From contig CAZTAM010000003.1 in the NCBI GenBank assembly GCA_964611625.1, positions 311,960-375,959 on the forward strand: a stretch of 64,000 nucleotides of DNA, written 5' to 3'. Positions 49,200 to 59,457 of the stretch are shown in pieces. This DNA comes from an uncultured Nitrospiraceae bacterium. Lineage in GTDB: Bacteria > Nitrospirota > 9FT-COMBO-42-15 > HDB-SIOI813. Within the stretch, counting starts at the first letter, position 1. Every line of letters starts with the position of its first letter. A model generated the notes under the pieces. It made no database searches. It was not told the origin of the DNA and saw nothing but the letters and a program-made list of their open reading frames with translations. The position numbers were made by a program, and so were the translations under genes.

Positions 49200-49406
49200 C
49201 TATTTAAGCATTGTATATAAAGTATATCCAATAGCAAGCAAACCGGCGGGCAGATTTATCATCCTTGTGGTCTGAGTCGGACGCGGCGTAAAAAATGTGT
49301 CGAGCCTGAAGGTTTCAGTAACCCTGTTGCTTTTAAAGGCAGCAAGGATCAGGACTATGCCGTATAATATGGTTACTATGTTAAGTGTACTGTTTAAGGC
49401 GCCCAT
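49200..49406 (-). CDS. Small hypothetical membrane protein (68 aa)
   Basis: One or two hydrophobic helices; SD GGAGGA upstream of ATG. Confidence 0.3.
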   Translation of the reverse strand: MGALNSTLNIVTILYGIVLILAAFKSNRVTETFRLDTFFTPRPTQTTRMINLPAGLLAIGYTLYTMLK

Positions 49407-49501
49407 TAATCCTCCATGTATTTTTGCATAGCCAATATAACAGAAACATGTTTAAAATTAAAGGGGCACCTGAATCCATTATTAGTATATGAGGAGGATG
49501 A

Positions 49502-50470
49502 TTGGATAATAGCGTAGTCATAGGTATAGATTTGGGAGGATCAGCCGTACGTCTTTCAACTGTAACCAGTAATGGAAGGCTTCGATACTCTAAGAGGGTG
49601 GACATATCTGAACGACGTGAGAAAGATTATGTCATTTCCTCAATCATAACTAATATTAAGGAGCTTAAAGCAATTGAAAATGGCAGTCGCAACGAGGTCA
49701 TTGCCATAGGCATTGGCTCTCCCGGTATCATTGATATAAAGAGAGGTATAGTCTTGACGTCACCCAATTTTAAGGACTGGAAAAAAGTAAGGTTAAAAAC
49801 TATTATAGAGAATGAATTCAATCTGCCGGTCATACTTGATAATGATGCTAATGCCGCCGCATATGGCGAAAAATGGAAAGGGGTTGGACGCAAGGTGGAT
49901 AGTATGGTCTGCCTTACCATGGGTACAGGAATAGGTGGAGGCATTATTCTTAACAGGGAAGTCTGGCATGGCAGTGACGGAATGGCAGGTGAAATAGGCC
50001 ACATGACTGTAAATCCTGTCGGACCGCTATGTAATTGCGGAAATACCGGCTGTCTGGAGGTATACTCTTCTGCTACGGGTATGGTACGGAGTGCAATCAG
50101 CCACCTCAAATCCGGAAGGAAGTCAAGCCTTAAGAGGCTTTCTTCAGGAGACAGCAGTGGCATAACGGCAATAATGATCTATGATGCGGCATTAAGAGGA
50201 GACAGGCTTTCAATTGAGATCCTGGCAGAAGCAGGCACATATCTCGGAATAGCCATTGCCAGCCTGATTAATATCCTGAATCCGGAGATGATTGTCCTGG
50301 CCGGGGCTGTGTCCGGTGCATCGGATTTATTTATGCCAGCAGCAAGACAGGAAATCAATAAACGGGCGTTCTCCGTCCTTGTCGAGAGGACAAAAATAGT
50401 ACGAGGCAAGCTGATTGACTCTGCAGGCATAGTGGGAGCAGCAGGGCTGGCGTTAAAGCACTATGAATAA
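49502..50470 (+). CDS. ROK-family sugar kinase (glucokinase-like)
   Basis: IGIDLGGS ATP motif, zinc motif CNCGNTGC, no N-terminal HTH; TTG start after SD GAGGAGG. Confidence 0.8.
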   Translation: MDNSVVIGIDLGGSAVRLSTVTSNGRLRYSKRVDISERREKDYVISSIITNIKELKAIENGSRNEVIAIGIGSPGIIDIKRGIVLTSPNFKDWKKVRLKTIIENEFNLPVILDNDANAAAYGEKWKGVGRKVDSMVCLTMGTGIGGGIILNREVWHGSDGMAGEIGHMTVNPVGPLCNCGNTGCLEVYSSATGMVRSAISHLKSGRKSSLKRLSSGDSSGITAIMIYDAALRGDRLSIEILAEAGTYLGIAIASLINILNPEMIVLAGAVSGASDLFMPAARQEINKRAFSVLVERTKIVRGKLIDSAGIVGAAGLALKHYE

Positions 50471-51251
50471 GTATATCTCGCTTTTCCACATAAACTGGCA
50501 AAACTCACTTCAATACCGGTTTGCACTTGTCGTCTATATAGGCGGCTACTCCATCTACATCGGCGTTCTCCTGTACCTTTGGTCCGCCATATACAGTGAG
50601 GGCCAGACCGTAGGAAACTATACATTATCCCAGCTTGTAACTTATTATATCCTTCAGCTGATGATCAACTCGATCATCTTCTCTTATGTAAGCTGGGATG
50701 TCATAGATAACATAAAGACCGGAAATTTTTCAAACTTTCTGACAAAACCGCTTGATTACTATATGTACTGGTTTACTATAAACATATCAGGCAAGATGCT
50801 GGAAGCTGTGTTCATCATTATCACAGCAGGCATTGTATCCTTTTTTGTAAGCGATTATATATCCTTTCCTCAACACATCAGCACCATCATATATTTCATC
50901 ATCGCAATAATACTGGGGTTGATACTTGCCTTTGAAATGGATTTCTGTATAGGCATGATCACCTTCTGGCTGACTCAGGTCAGGACATTTAAATACATGC
51001 TCCAGACCATGATACTGTTTTTTGCGGGGGCTATGCTTCCACTTGATCTGTTCCCGCCGCTCCTTACAAAGGTGGCAGGGTTGCTCCCATTCAGATATCT
51101 CGTATACTTCCCTATCAGCATATACCTGGGAAAGGTTGAAGATCCTCTCCCTTCTTTCGCTATACTGGCAGTCTGGATCATACTATTCCTGGTCCTCTCC
51201 AGGATACTCCTGTTAAGGGGTATAAAGCGATATGAGGCAGTTGGTGCGTAA
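50463..51251 (+). CDS. ABC-2 family transporter permease
   Basis: 262 aa, 6 TM helices; start overlaps ROK stop. Confidence 0.6.
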   Translation: MNKYISLFHINWQNSLQYRFALVVYIGGYSIYIGVLLYLWSAIYSEGQTVGNYTLSQLVTYYILQLMINSIIFSYVSWDVIDNIKTGNFSNFLTKPLDYYMYWFTINISGKMLEAVFIIITAGIVSFFVSDYISFPQHISTIIYFIIAIILGLILAFEMDFCIGMITFWLTQVRTFKYMLQTMILFFAGAMLPLDLFPPLLTKVAGLLPFRYLVYFPISIYLGKVEDPLPSFAILAVWIILFLVLSRILLLRGIKRYEAVGA

Positions 51252-52052
51252 ATGATCAGGTTATTTACCCGTTACATGAGGCTCTATAAGGCATTCTTCT
51301 ACCAGTGCCTGAAGGAAGACATGATTTACAGGTCGAACTTCCTGACTCTGGTAATAATGGATATAGGATTTGTCTGCGTTAGCATTATCCTGTTTAAGGT
51401 CATATACGGACATGTCAATACTATAGCCGGATGGACATTTAATCAGTCTGTAATTCTGATCGGTACCGTTGGTATTGTCAGAGAGATGGCATACCTGACA
51501 TTCAGGCGCGGCTTCCTGGAACTTGGAAACCACATAAGAACAGGCACATTCGATATGTTTATGGTAAGACCGATAGCATCCGGAATCCATCTCGGCATGA
51601 GGCATCTCTCCATATCAGAAAGCCTTGGTGAAGGTATGATGGGCATTGCCCTTGTCATCTACGGATTCAGCCATCTTGACAACTGGACCTGGATAGCCTT
51701 CCCTCTGTACATATTATTTCTGATAAACTCTCTTATGATATATTACGGATTCAGCCTCATTATAAACAGTATAGTATTCTGGGTGGTAAAATCACAGGAG
51801 TTGAATACAGTGGTATATTTTTTCATGGAGACATCCCGCTATCCCGGTGATATATACAGGGGTATAGGAAAGGTGATATTCACAATTATCATACCGATAG
51901 GAATCATCGCTACTGTGCCGGCATCGGTATTAACCGGACGATTAGGATTTAATTTCGCCATCTTTTCGCTTTTAATCGGGATATCATTCCTGGGAGCTGG
52001 TCTGTTAGTGTGGAAGATGAGCATTGAACATTATTCGTCTGCCAGTGGGTAA
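51252..52052 (+). CDS. ABC-2 family transporter permease
   Basis: 266 aa, 6 TM helices; starts directly after the previous stop. Confidence 0.6.
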   Translation: MIRLFTRYMRLYKAFFYQCLKEDMIYRSNFLTLVIMDIGFVCVSIILFKVIYGHVNTIAGWTFNQSVILIGTVGIVREMAYLTFRRGFLELGNHIRTGTFDMFMVRPIASGIHLGMRHLSISESLGEGMMGIALVIYGFSHLDNWTWIAFPLYILFLINSLMIYYGFSLIINSIVFWVVKSQELNTVVYFFMETSRYPGDIYRGIGKVIFTIIIPIGIIATVPASVLTGRLGFNFAIFSLLIGISFLGAGLLVWKMSIEHYSSASG

Positions 52053-52053
52053 T

Positions 52054-53028
52054 ATGCCGAATTCAATACGTGTCAAAGAGCTCCGTAAGTCCTACGACTA
52101 TTTCAAGAAAGAGCCCGGTCTAGCCGGTTCCCTGAAGAGTCTGTTCTGGAGGGAAAAACTGTATAATGAGGCTTTAAAGGGGATATCTTTTGAAATCTCG
52201 GAAGGCGAGCTTGTCGGCTTTTTAGGTCCTAATGGCGCCGGCAAGACAACCACTCTCAAGATACTTTCCGGTATACTATACCCTACCGGTGGCGAGGCAT
52301 CAGTTCTCGGTCATATCCCATGGAAAAGGGAACCGGCTTATCAGAAGCAATTCTCCATCGTCATGGGTCAGAAGAACCAGCTCTGGTGGGACCTCCCTGC
52401 ACAGGAATCGTTCACGCTGAACAGGGAAATTTACGAGGTTGACGGTTCGACTTACAGCCGTAATCTGTCGGAACTTACGGAGTTATTTGACATCAAAGAC
52501 CTGCTGGATGTCCCTGTAAGAAAACTATCAATGGGCCAGAGGATGAAGTGCGAGCTTGTTGCAGCGCTCCTCCACTCCCCTAAAGTCCTCTTTCTTGATG
52601 AGCCTTCCATAGGGCTTGATATAATCTCCCAGGACAAGATCATCACATATATTGAAGAGTATAACAGGCTTAAGAAAACAACAGTCCTTCTGACGAGCCA
52701 TTACATGCGGGATGTAGAGAGACTTTGCAAAAGGGTGATTGTAATCAATCATGGAACTATCATATATGACGGATCTGTTAAAGACCTTATGACCACCTAT
52801 GCGGATCATAAGATAATAAGACTGCGCTTCTCCTCGGAGTTTGCAGAAAATGGCCTCGAAAAATATGGCGAAGTTCTGGAGAGAGACAGGCTCAATGCAG
52901 TGTTAAAAACAGAACGGAATACTATAGCACTGGCCACTTCAAGGATTCTCAACGACCTGCCTGTTGATGACCTGTCTGTAGAGGATGTCGAAATAGAAGA
53001 TGTTATAAAGAAGATTTTTGCAGGATAG
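52054..53028 (+). CDS. ABC transporter ATP-binding protein
   Basis: Walker A GPNGAGKTT, signature LSMGQ, Walker B LFLDEP; ATG at 52054 (track TTG 52024 overlaps permease). Confidence 0.85.
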   Translation: MPNSIRVKELRKSYDYFKKEPGLAGSLKSLFWREKLYNEALKGISFEISEGELVGFLGPNGAGKTTTLKILSGILYPTGGEASVLGHIPWKREPAYQKQFSIVMGQKNQLWWDLPAQESFTLNREIYEVDGSTYSRNLSELTELFDIKDLLDVPVRKLSMGQRMKCELVAALLHSPKVLFLDEPSIGLDIISQDKIITYIEEYNRLKKTTVLLTSHYMRDVERLCKRVIVINHGTIIYDGSVKDLMTTYADHKIIRLRFSSEFAENGLEKYGEVLERDRLNAVLKTERNTIALATSRILNDLPVDDLSVEDVEIEDVIKKIFAG

Positions 53029-53047
53029 GAGCCAGGCGCTGTCTTCT

Positions 53048-54253
53048 CTAAAGTCTCAGATTTTCCATACAATTCTGACTCATTCCTTCAGCATAGAATC
53101 TGTAGCATGACTTGCCGTCAGACTTGGCCCTGTACATTGCAAAATCTGCCTTTCTGAGGAGTTTCGCCCCATCATCCCCGTCTGTAGGATAGATGCTGAT
53201 ACCTATACTCATCGTGACACTTACTTCCTGTTCACCCAATTTAACGGGTGATTCAAAGATCGAATATATCCGATTGCAAATTATAATTATGTCATCCATC
53301 TGTTCGATGTCGGGGAGGAGAACTATAAACTCATCACCTCCAAGCCGGCCAACTGTATCGCTTAATCTTACGCATTTCTTCAGCCTTTCTGCAACCTCCC
53401 TGAGCAAATCGTCACCTGCAGAATGACCAAGAGTATCGTTAATCAATTTAAAGCGGTCAAGGTCAATAAATAATATTGCTACATAAATTGCCCTTCTGCC
53501 AACCAGCGTGATTGCCTGATTAAGATAATTCATCAGGAGACGTCTGTTGGGAAGACCTGTCAGATTATCATAATTTGCCATCTGGATAATCTTCTCTTCT
53601 GACTCCTTACGTTCAGTAATATCTTCAATAACAAGAAGGACCTGACTCTCCGGATCTTCAGACTCAGATGGTTTTATCATACTGATATTAACCGTGAAGT
53701 ACCGGTTACCACCGGATGCATACTCAATCACGATATCCTGACACTTGTATCCGTTTATAAATGTGTTTTTTATTGCCTCCATCAAATCAGCAACTGGCAG
53801 GATATCTTTAATCCCCCTGCCTTCAGCATCCTCAGGTTTCATAGAAAACATCCTGGTAAAGGCAGGATTTACTCTGAACACATTTAAATCACGCGTTACT
53901 ACTACAAGACCGGAATTAACACTATTTACTATATTGTCAGCATACGCCTTGACTGAAAGATTTTCTGCATAGGCAGTAGCTATTAATTCTTTTTCGCGGG
54001 CACGCTGCGTTAGTAAAGCCTCCTCATGCTGTTTTTTTGCTATGACCTTAATGACACAAAAATAGAGGAACGGTGCGCTCAGAATCGAAAGAAGGGCAGA
54101 ATCAAGAATAAACTCCATAACCCCGGCTGGCATATCAATTAGCCATAGCATGGACATAACAAGGAACTCTGCAACAAACATGATGCAAAGGATCCTGATG
54201 AACATACTGTAGCCTCTGATAATGCTGTGTGATGAATTATTTTTTGTATCCAT
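53048..54253 (-). CDS. Membrane-anchored PAS-GGDEF diguanylate cyclase
   Basis: Two N-terminal TM helices, PAS-like region, GGDEF active site RLGGDEF with I-site RLSD. Confidence 0.75.
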   Translation of the reverse strand: MDTKNNSSHSIIRGYSMFIRILCIMFVAEFLVMSMLWLIDMPAGVMEFILDSALLSILSAPFLYFCVIKVIAKKQHEEALLTQRAREKELIATAYAENLSVKAYADNIVNSVNSGLVVVTRDLNVFRVNPAFTRMFSMKPEDAEGRGIKDILPVADLMEAIKNTFINGYKCQDIVIEYASGGNRYFTVNISMIKPSESEDPESQVLLVIEDITERKESEEKIIQMANYDNLTGLPNRRLLMNYLNQAITLVGRRAIYVAILFIDLDRFKLINDTLGHSAGDDLLREVAERLKKCVRLSDTVGRLGGDEFIVLLPDIEQMDDIIIICNRIYSIFESPVKLGEQEVSVTMSIGISIYPTDGDDGAKLLRKADFAMYRAKSDGKSCYRFYAEGMSQNCMENLRL

Positions 54254-54793
54254 TCAGGATATATATTATCGTCATAACAGTTTTTTTCTATAGTTCATAA
54301 CCTGTTAAATAATAGGGTTTTTATGCCATATTCCGAATATCCAACGGGTATGAATCAGGCTTCCCGGACATCCCCTGCAAAGAGTCAACACCTTATTCAT
54401 TATTTGAGCAGGCACCGCCAACAATATGGCTGTAATCACGAAAAATCAAAATATTGAGATATGCCGCATGCTGATGAATGTTTATAATAAGGAGAATGAA
54501 AAATAAATAGGGATGGTAATAAGGCCAGGAGAAGGGCCATTGCAAAGAGAAAGAGATAGATGCGGCAAGACATCGTAGAAGTTTCTGTCATCTGCCCGGT
54601 TAAAATAAATGTCTCTTATTCTCTTTTTCTTCATATACGAAATATGGGCTCAATATTCTTTAAGTCATCTTGTCTATTAATCTTTCGTTAAATTGTATTA
54701 TAGCAAAAATGGCCAGTATCGTGAAAAGATATCTTTAAATCCGTGCAAAATAAAGTGAGAGTTTACGTCTTTTGGACATGCTCAGCTATAAAC

Positions 54794-55057
54794 TCAGCGT
54801 GCCATTTGAAAAATAAAGGCAGGCCGGTTATTTTTCAAGACGTAGTGATCCAGAATGCCGGATTTATTTTTGTCAGTAAATTTTATTTTGACTCTTCCCA
54901 TCGGGGATTCGGCGATCCAGTCACCATTGACGTTCTTTATAGAACCGCTGAGTCCTGCGGCCCATTTGGGCAGATTCTCAGGATTTGAGACGAATTCGTA
55001 AACGTGATCCGCCGGGCGATTGATCGAAACACTGATATGCTGAGATTTAAACGTCAT
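54794..55057 (-). CDS. SRPBCC-like protein, probably truncated
   Basis: 87 aa resembling the N-terminal half of an SRPBCC/START-like domain; no SD; all downstream frames stop quickly. Confidence 0.3.
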   Translation of the reverse strand: MTFKSQHISVSINRPADHVYEFVSNPENLPKWAAGLSGSIKNVNGDWIAESPMGRVKIKFTDKNKSGILDHYVLKNNRPAFIFQMAR

Positions 55058-55237
55058 TAGGAGCAGAAGAAGATACAGAAGAGACTATTGCTGTAATTGA
55101 ATAAATAGGCGCTGTCCCTATTTATCTCTATTTATCTCTCCAAAAAACTAAATATCTCTAAAATACTGCCTTGATCCCAGTAATCCGGAGAGTAGTATGA
55201 AACTCGTATTTTTTAATTTTCCTATGGGTTCGCTATA

Positions 55238-56143
55238 TTATTTTTGTATGAATTCACGTATCAGTTCAGCCGTCTTTTCAGGCTGATCCAGAAATGCAAA
55301 ATGTCCGGCATTTGGGAGGAGTTCATACCGGACGCCCCGAATTCGATTATGCGACCACTCAGTATATTTCTCCGGAAGTACGGCATCTTTTCCAGAGCGG
55401 ATGATCATTACTGGAAAGTCAATGTATTCTATCATGGCAGTTATGTACAGGGAGGTTATATCCTGTTTAAAATCATCCTGCCGTTTGAGCAAAGCCTTTT
55501 TCTGCTCCTTATTCTCAGGAACTCTCACTATTTGCTTCATATCTGCAACAGAAGGCATCTCCTGCTGGAAGCGTACTGAGGAAATTCTTAAGTAGTTACT
55601 CATTCCATCTTCATTTGCAGAATACGTGAGGTCAAGCATAGCCTTCGATTCATCAGACCATGTAACACCTTCGAACCCATTGATGCTTATCGCTGTTTTA
55701 ATATGTTCAGGAAAATGATGGCCGAAAGCAACAGCGAGCCCGCCGCCTTCTCCCACACCAAGGACATGGACCTCCCTGATTCCGAGCTTTCTGATAAAAG
55801 AACGGTATATCTGAAGTATGTGTTCGGAAGAGAAGTCACCTTGCATAGCTCCTGGTTCCGTCAGCCATGGAGGCTCGGCTACAATAATGCGGAAATCCTT
55901 TCTTAAAAGGCTGGTCAATACGTTCCATGATTCTGCTCTTAAAGGATAGGTAGATAGTATGATGATAGCGTCGCCATCACCCTGGTCTGTATACACAATG
56001 GGGACATTCTCAATCATGACCCAATGTTGATTTGATGGAAGCGCATCAGGATTAAAGATCGTTTTCGGGGAGTTAAGGGCGCATGCAGACAACACAGTTA
56101 TGGAGAATATAAGTATCAGCCATTTAATATTAATTAACCTCAT
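55238..56143 (-). CDS. Alpha/beta-hydrolase-fold lipoprotein
   Basis: Lipobox LSAC; nucleophile elbow GVGEG, C-terminal His (GHF). Confidence 0.65.
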   Translation of the reverse strand: MRLINIKWLILIFSITVLSACALNSPKTIFNPDALPSNQHWVMIENVPIVYTDQGDGDAIIILSTYPLRAESWNVLTSLLRKDFRIIVAEPPWLTEPGAMQGDFSSEHILQIYRSFIRKLGIREVHVLGVGEGGGLAVAFGHHFPEHIKTAISINGFEGVTWSDESKAMLDLTYSANEDGMSNYLRISSVRFQQEMPSVADMKQIVRVPENKEQKKALLKRQDDFKQDITSLYITAMIEYIDFPVMIIRSGKDAVLPEKYTEWSHNRIRGVRYELLPNAGHFAFLDQPEKTAELIREFIQK

Positions 56144-56351
56144 TATGTGCCTCGCAGGAATCAGTATATTAATAATGCATCTGTACTGCTGTCAGGATGG
56201 TAATGCGATTAGTAAAGTTTAAAATAACAGGAGTGAGATGACCTGTCAATCTTTAAAGAAATACCATATTGAAGTTTGTGATATACACAGGATACCGTTG
56301 ACCGATATTTGCCGATGAAGGGCTTGACAATAATCAGGTTATTAATTTAAT

Positions 56352-56627
56352 ATGACTTACATAATGGATAGTTCAGATGAACGACTTAGGGAACTGATGA
56401 GGTCACTGGCTGATACCATAGGTGAGGTTGTTAATGGAAACGATGACATCCGTAATACCCTTTCCATGATGGAACAGGAGGGATATCCTGTCGATATGAT
56501 TATAGCCTCAATAACAATGGTAACAGCGAAAGACGATGATGAACCATCAGAATACGATGACACCTTAAGTTCTTATGACAGGTCTTTCCTGAAAAAGATC
56601 CACGTCAGACTAAGCGACAAACAATAG
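56352..56627 (+). CDS. Small acidic hypothetical protein
   Basis: 91-aa ORF rich in Asp/Glu; no clear SD. Confidence 0.25.
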   Translation: MTYIMDSSDERLRELMRSLADTIGEVVNGNDDIRNTLSMMEQEGYPVDMIIASITMVTAKDDDEPSEYDDTLSSYDRSFLKKIHVRLSDKQ

Positions 56628-56914
56628 GAAATGTGACTGGCCCAGGGAAGCACTAAAATAAGTCACGTACCAGATGTCGGCGACATGACCATATAGCATT
56701 GGACTTTACGCTTCATACAGCCGAAATTAATCTCAAAATGGGTCAGGTACGCTGAGAAAAGCTCATCTGGAGAGTGATAGTAGAATTTACGATCAGAAAT
56801 GCCCAGGTGCAGGGAAGAACAAGGGTTCGAGCCATGGCGTACTTTTTAGGTACGTTTAAGCGAAGAACCCGCAGGGCTGACACAGCAGATGGGCATTTTT
56901 CAGCATCAATCAGT

Positions 56915-56990
56915 GGGCTCTTAGCTCAGTCGGTAGAGCAGAGGCCTGAAAAGCCTCGTGTCCGCAGTTCAATTCTGCGAGAGCCCACCA
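56915..56990 (+). tRNA. tRNA-Phe (anticodon GAA)
   Basis: Acceptor GGGCTCT/AGAGCCC, D-arm GCTC-AGTCGGTA-GAGC, anticodon loop CTGAAAA, T-arm CGCAG-TTCAATT-CTGCG, encoded CCA. Confidence 0.85.
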
Positions 56991-57150
56991 ATTACTGCCA
57001 GATAGTCTCTACCGCAGACTTCAGTTCTACCTAAACTCCATTGTTAGTCCGCATGATTTATCATTCACTCATATTCATAAACCAAATATCCTTTGCACTA
57101 TCATCTTAGAAATGTTATTATTTTTCGCTTATCGAAAGGTTTTTAATATT

Positions 57151-59427
57151 ATGATCTGCCGGCTTATTTCTTTCTTTATATTTCTGTTATTGTGCACTGG
57201 AATATATTTCCCATTATCCACTATCTGTCACGCAGAGGGTGAATCCCATATAATACAGATTGAAGTAAGCGGAAACAGACGCATAGAGACATCAACTATT
57301 CTTTCAAAAATCAGGTTGAAGACCGGTGATATTTATTCAGCAGCTTCAGTTCGGGAAGATATAAAAGGCCTGTACGAAACAGATTACTTCGAAGATATAA
57401 GGGTGGAGACCGGGACATCAGAAGACGGCGTTATATTAATCTATAAGGTTAAAGAACGGCCAATCCTGAGGGATGTGGCATATGACGGCAATGACAAGAT
57501 AGCTGCTGACAGGCTGAAGGAGAAGGTGACCTTCATTACCGGCGTTACTGTAAGCCAGAAACAGGTAAAAGAAAATGTTGAGAGACTGCGGGAGCTTTAC
57601 AGGGAAGACGGCTATTATGAGGCAACAATAATACCAGTCGTAACCAGGACATCGGAGGATGCTGTCTCCGTTACTTTCTTTATCAAAGAGGGCAGAAAAA
57701 TAAAAATTAAAGATGTGGTTGTTACCGGTACATCAGAAATATCCGAATCAAGCCTCATAAAGGTCATAGGTACAAAGCGCTACAAGCTGCTGACTTCATG
57801 GATAACAGGGGCAGGCATCTACAAGGAAGTTGAAGCCCAGAATGATGTTGACAGGATACGTGACTACTATCTGGACCGCGGCTATGTACAGGTGCAGGTA
57901 AGCGGTCCTGACATTGAAATATTGGAAGGCGGGTTATGGATGAGACTCACCTTCCATGTAACTGAGGGAGAACAATACAGCATCAGGGGGATTGATTTCA
58001 AAGGTAATGACATATTTACAAGGGATAAAATTGAAGAAAGGATCAAACTTCGCAAGGGATTGATCTTCAGCAGAAAGACCTTGCGTGAAGATATTGGATT
58101 GATAACTGATATGTATGGTGAAAAGGGGTACGCATTTGCAAATGTATTCCCTGATATAAGGCCGGATGATCACTCCAGGACCATTGATATAATATTCAAC
58201 ATTGAAAAAGGAGAAAAGGTAAAGGTAAGGAAGATTAATATCAGCGGTAATGAAAAGACGCGGGACAAGGTAATTCGGAGGGAAGTAAGATTAAGCGAGC
58301 AGGACTATCTTAATACAACTGCCCTGAGAAGGAGTTTTCAGCGTATAAATAACCTGAATTTCTTTGAGAATGTAGAGATTGTCCCTGATACTGTCAGCAG
58401 GGATATGGTTGACCTTAATGTGAGGGTCAGGGAAAAACCTACGGGGGCATTCAGCATGGGAGGCGGTTACAGCTCAGTATATGGACTGGTAGGGATGCTG
58501 GATGTAACTGAGGGCAACCTCCTGGGCAGAGGTGAACTTCTTAAGGTAAAGGGTGAGTTTGGAAGACTCAGGACAAGCTATAATCTAACATTCAAAGAGC
58601 CCTGGTTTATGGATAAACCTACTTCAGTAACGGTAAATCTTTTCGATACCGTCAGGACATTCGATGCCTACGATGTAAACAGCAGCGGCGGTAATATCGG
58701 TGTCGGCAAGTCATACGGTGAATACTGGGGCGGCAGCATTACATATGGGATACAGAATATTACCGTCAGCGGTGAACCTCCATCCGGTGTTGATAAGGGT
58801 ACATCTACTACCGGTAGCTTAATGACGTCAGTGTCCAGGGATACGAGGGATAATTACTGGGATCCTCGTTCAGGTAACAGAAACAGCATCTCTTTAGAAT
58901 ATGCTGACAGATTTCTGGGCGGTGACAATTTATTTGTGAAATATATACTTGATACAACATGGTATTACCCTTTGCCGCTCGACAGTGCTATCATGTTTCA
59001 TGGCAGATATGGAGAAGGAAGGGGATTCAATGGAGATCACCTCCCTGCAAATGAGAAATTCTATGTCGGCGGTATTTATACAGTAAGGGGCTTTGATTAC
59101 GGCAGGGCTACAACACCTTCAACAGTATCAGGCGATCCCGTGCACGGAGATCTTTTAGGTGCTGACAAGGAACTGATATTTAATATAGAATATGTTGTCC
59201 CTCTGGTTAAGGATGCCAGGATAAACGGGGTATTATTTTATGATGCCGGTTCAGGTTTCGGAAAAACTGACACCGTTGCATTGTCTGACCTCAGGACGAG
59301 TGCCGGGGGCGGTTTCAGGTGGTTCTCTCCTATCGGGCCGTTACGCCTTGAATGGGGATATAATCTTGATCCGAGACCAGGAGAGCGGCAGAGTATCTGG
59401 GAATTTTCCATTGGAACATTGTTTTAG
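57151..59427 (+). CDS. bamA: Outer membrane protein assembly factor BamA
   Basis: Signal peptide, POTRA repeats, C-terminal barrel ending with aromatic residue; ATG 57151 preferred over track start 57112. Confidence 0.9.
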   Translation: MICRLISFFIFLLLCTGIYFPLSTICHAEGESHIIQIEVSGNRRIETSTILSKIRLKTGDIYSAASVREDIKGLYETDYFEDIRVETGTSEDGVILIYKVKERPILRDVAYDGNDKIAADRLKEKVTFITGVTVSQKQVKENVERLRELYREDGYYEATIIPVVTRTSEDAVSVTFFIKEGRKIKIKDVVVTGTSEISESSLIKVIGTKRYKLLTSWITGAGIYKEVEAQNDVDRIRDYYLDRGYVQVQVSGPDIEILEGGLWMRLTFHVTEGEQYSIRGIDFKGNDIFTRDKIEERIKLRKGLIFSRKTLREDIGLITDMYGEKGYAFANVFPDIRPDDHSRTIDIIFNIEKGEKVKVRKINISGNEKTRDKVIRREVRLSEQDYLNTTALRRSFQRINNLNFFENVEIVPDTVSRDMVDLNVRVREKPTGAFSMGGGYSSVYGLVGMLDVTEGNLLGRGELLKVKGEFGRLRTSYNLTFKEPWFMDKPTSVTVNLFDTVRTFDAYDVNSSGGNIGVGKSYGEYWGGSITYGIQNITVSGEPPSGVDKGTSTTGSLMTSVSRDTRDNYWDPRSGNRNSISLEYADRFLGGDNLFVKYILDTTWYYPLPLDSAIMFHGRYGEGRGFNGDHLPANEKFYVGGIYTVRGFDYGRATTPSTVSGDPVHGDLLGADKELIFNIEYVVPLVKDARINGVLFYDAGSGFGKTDTVALSDLRTSAGGGFRWFSPIGPLRLEWGYNLDPRPGERQSIWEFSIGTLF

Positions 59428-59457
59428 CAGTATTAAAAACTGAAAGGAGAATATACA

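Noticed and set aside
56840-56860. tRNA T-arm-like GGGTTCGAGCC motif upstream of tRNA-Phe
   Set aside because: Flanking sequence cannot form a complementary T-stem or acceptor stem; no cloverleaf.
56774-57034. 86-aa plus-strand ORF
   Set aside because: Runs through tRNA-Phe; Arg-rich translation of non-coding DNA.
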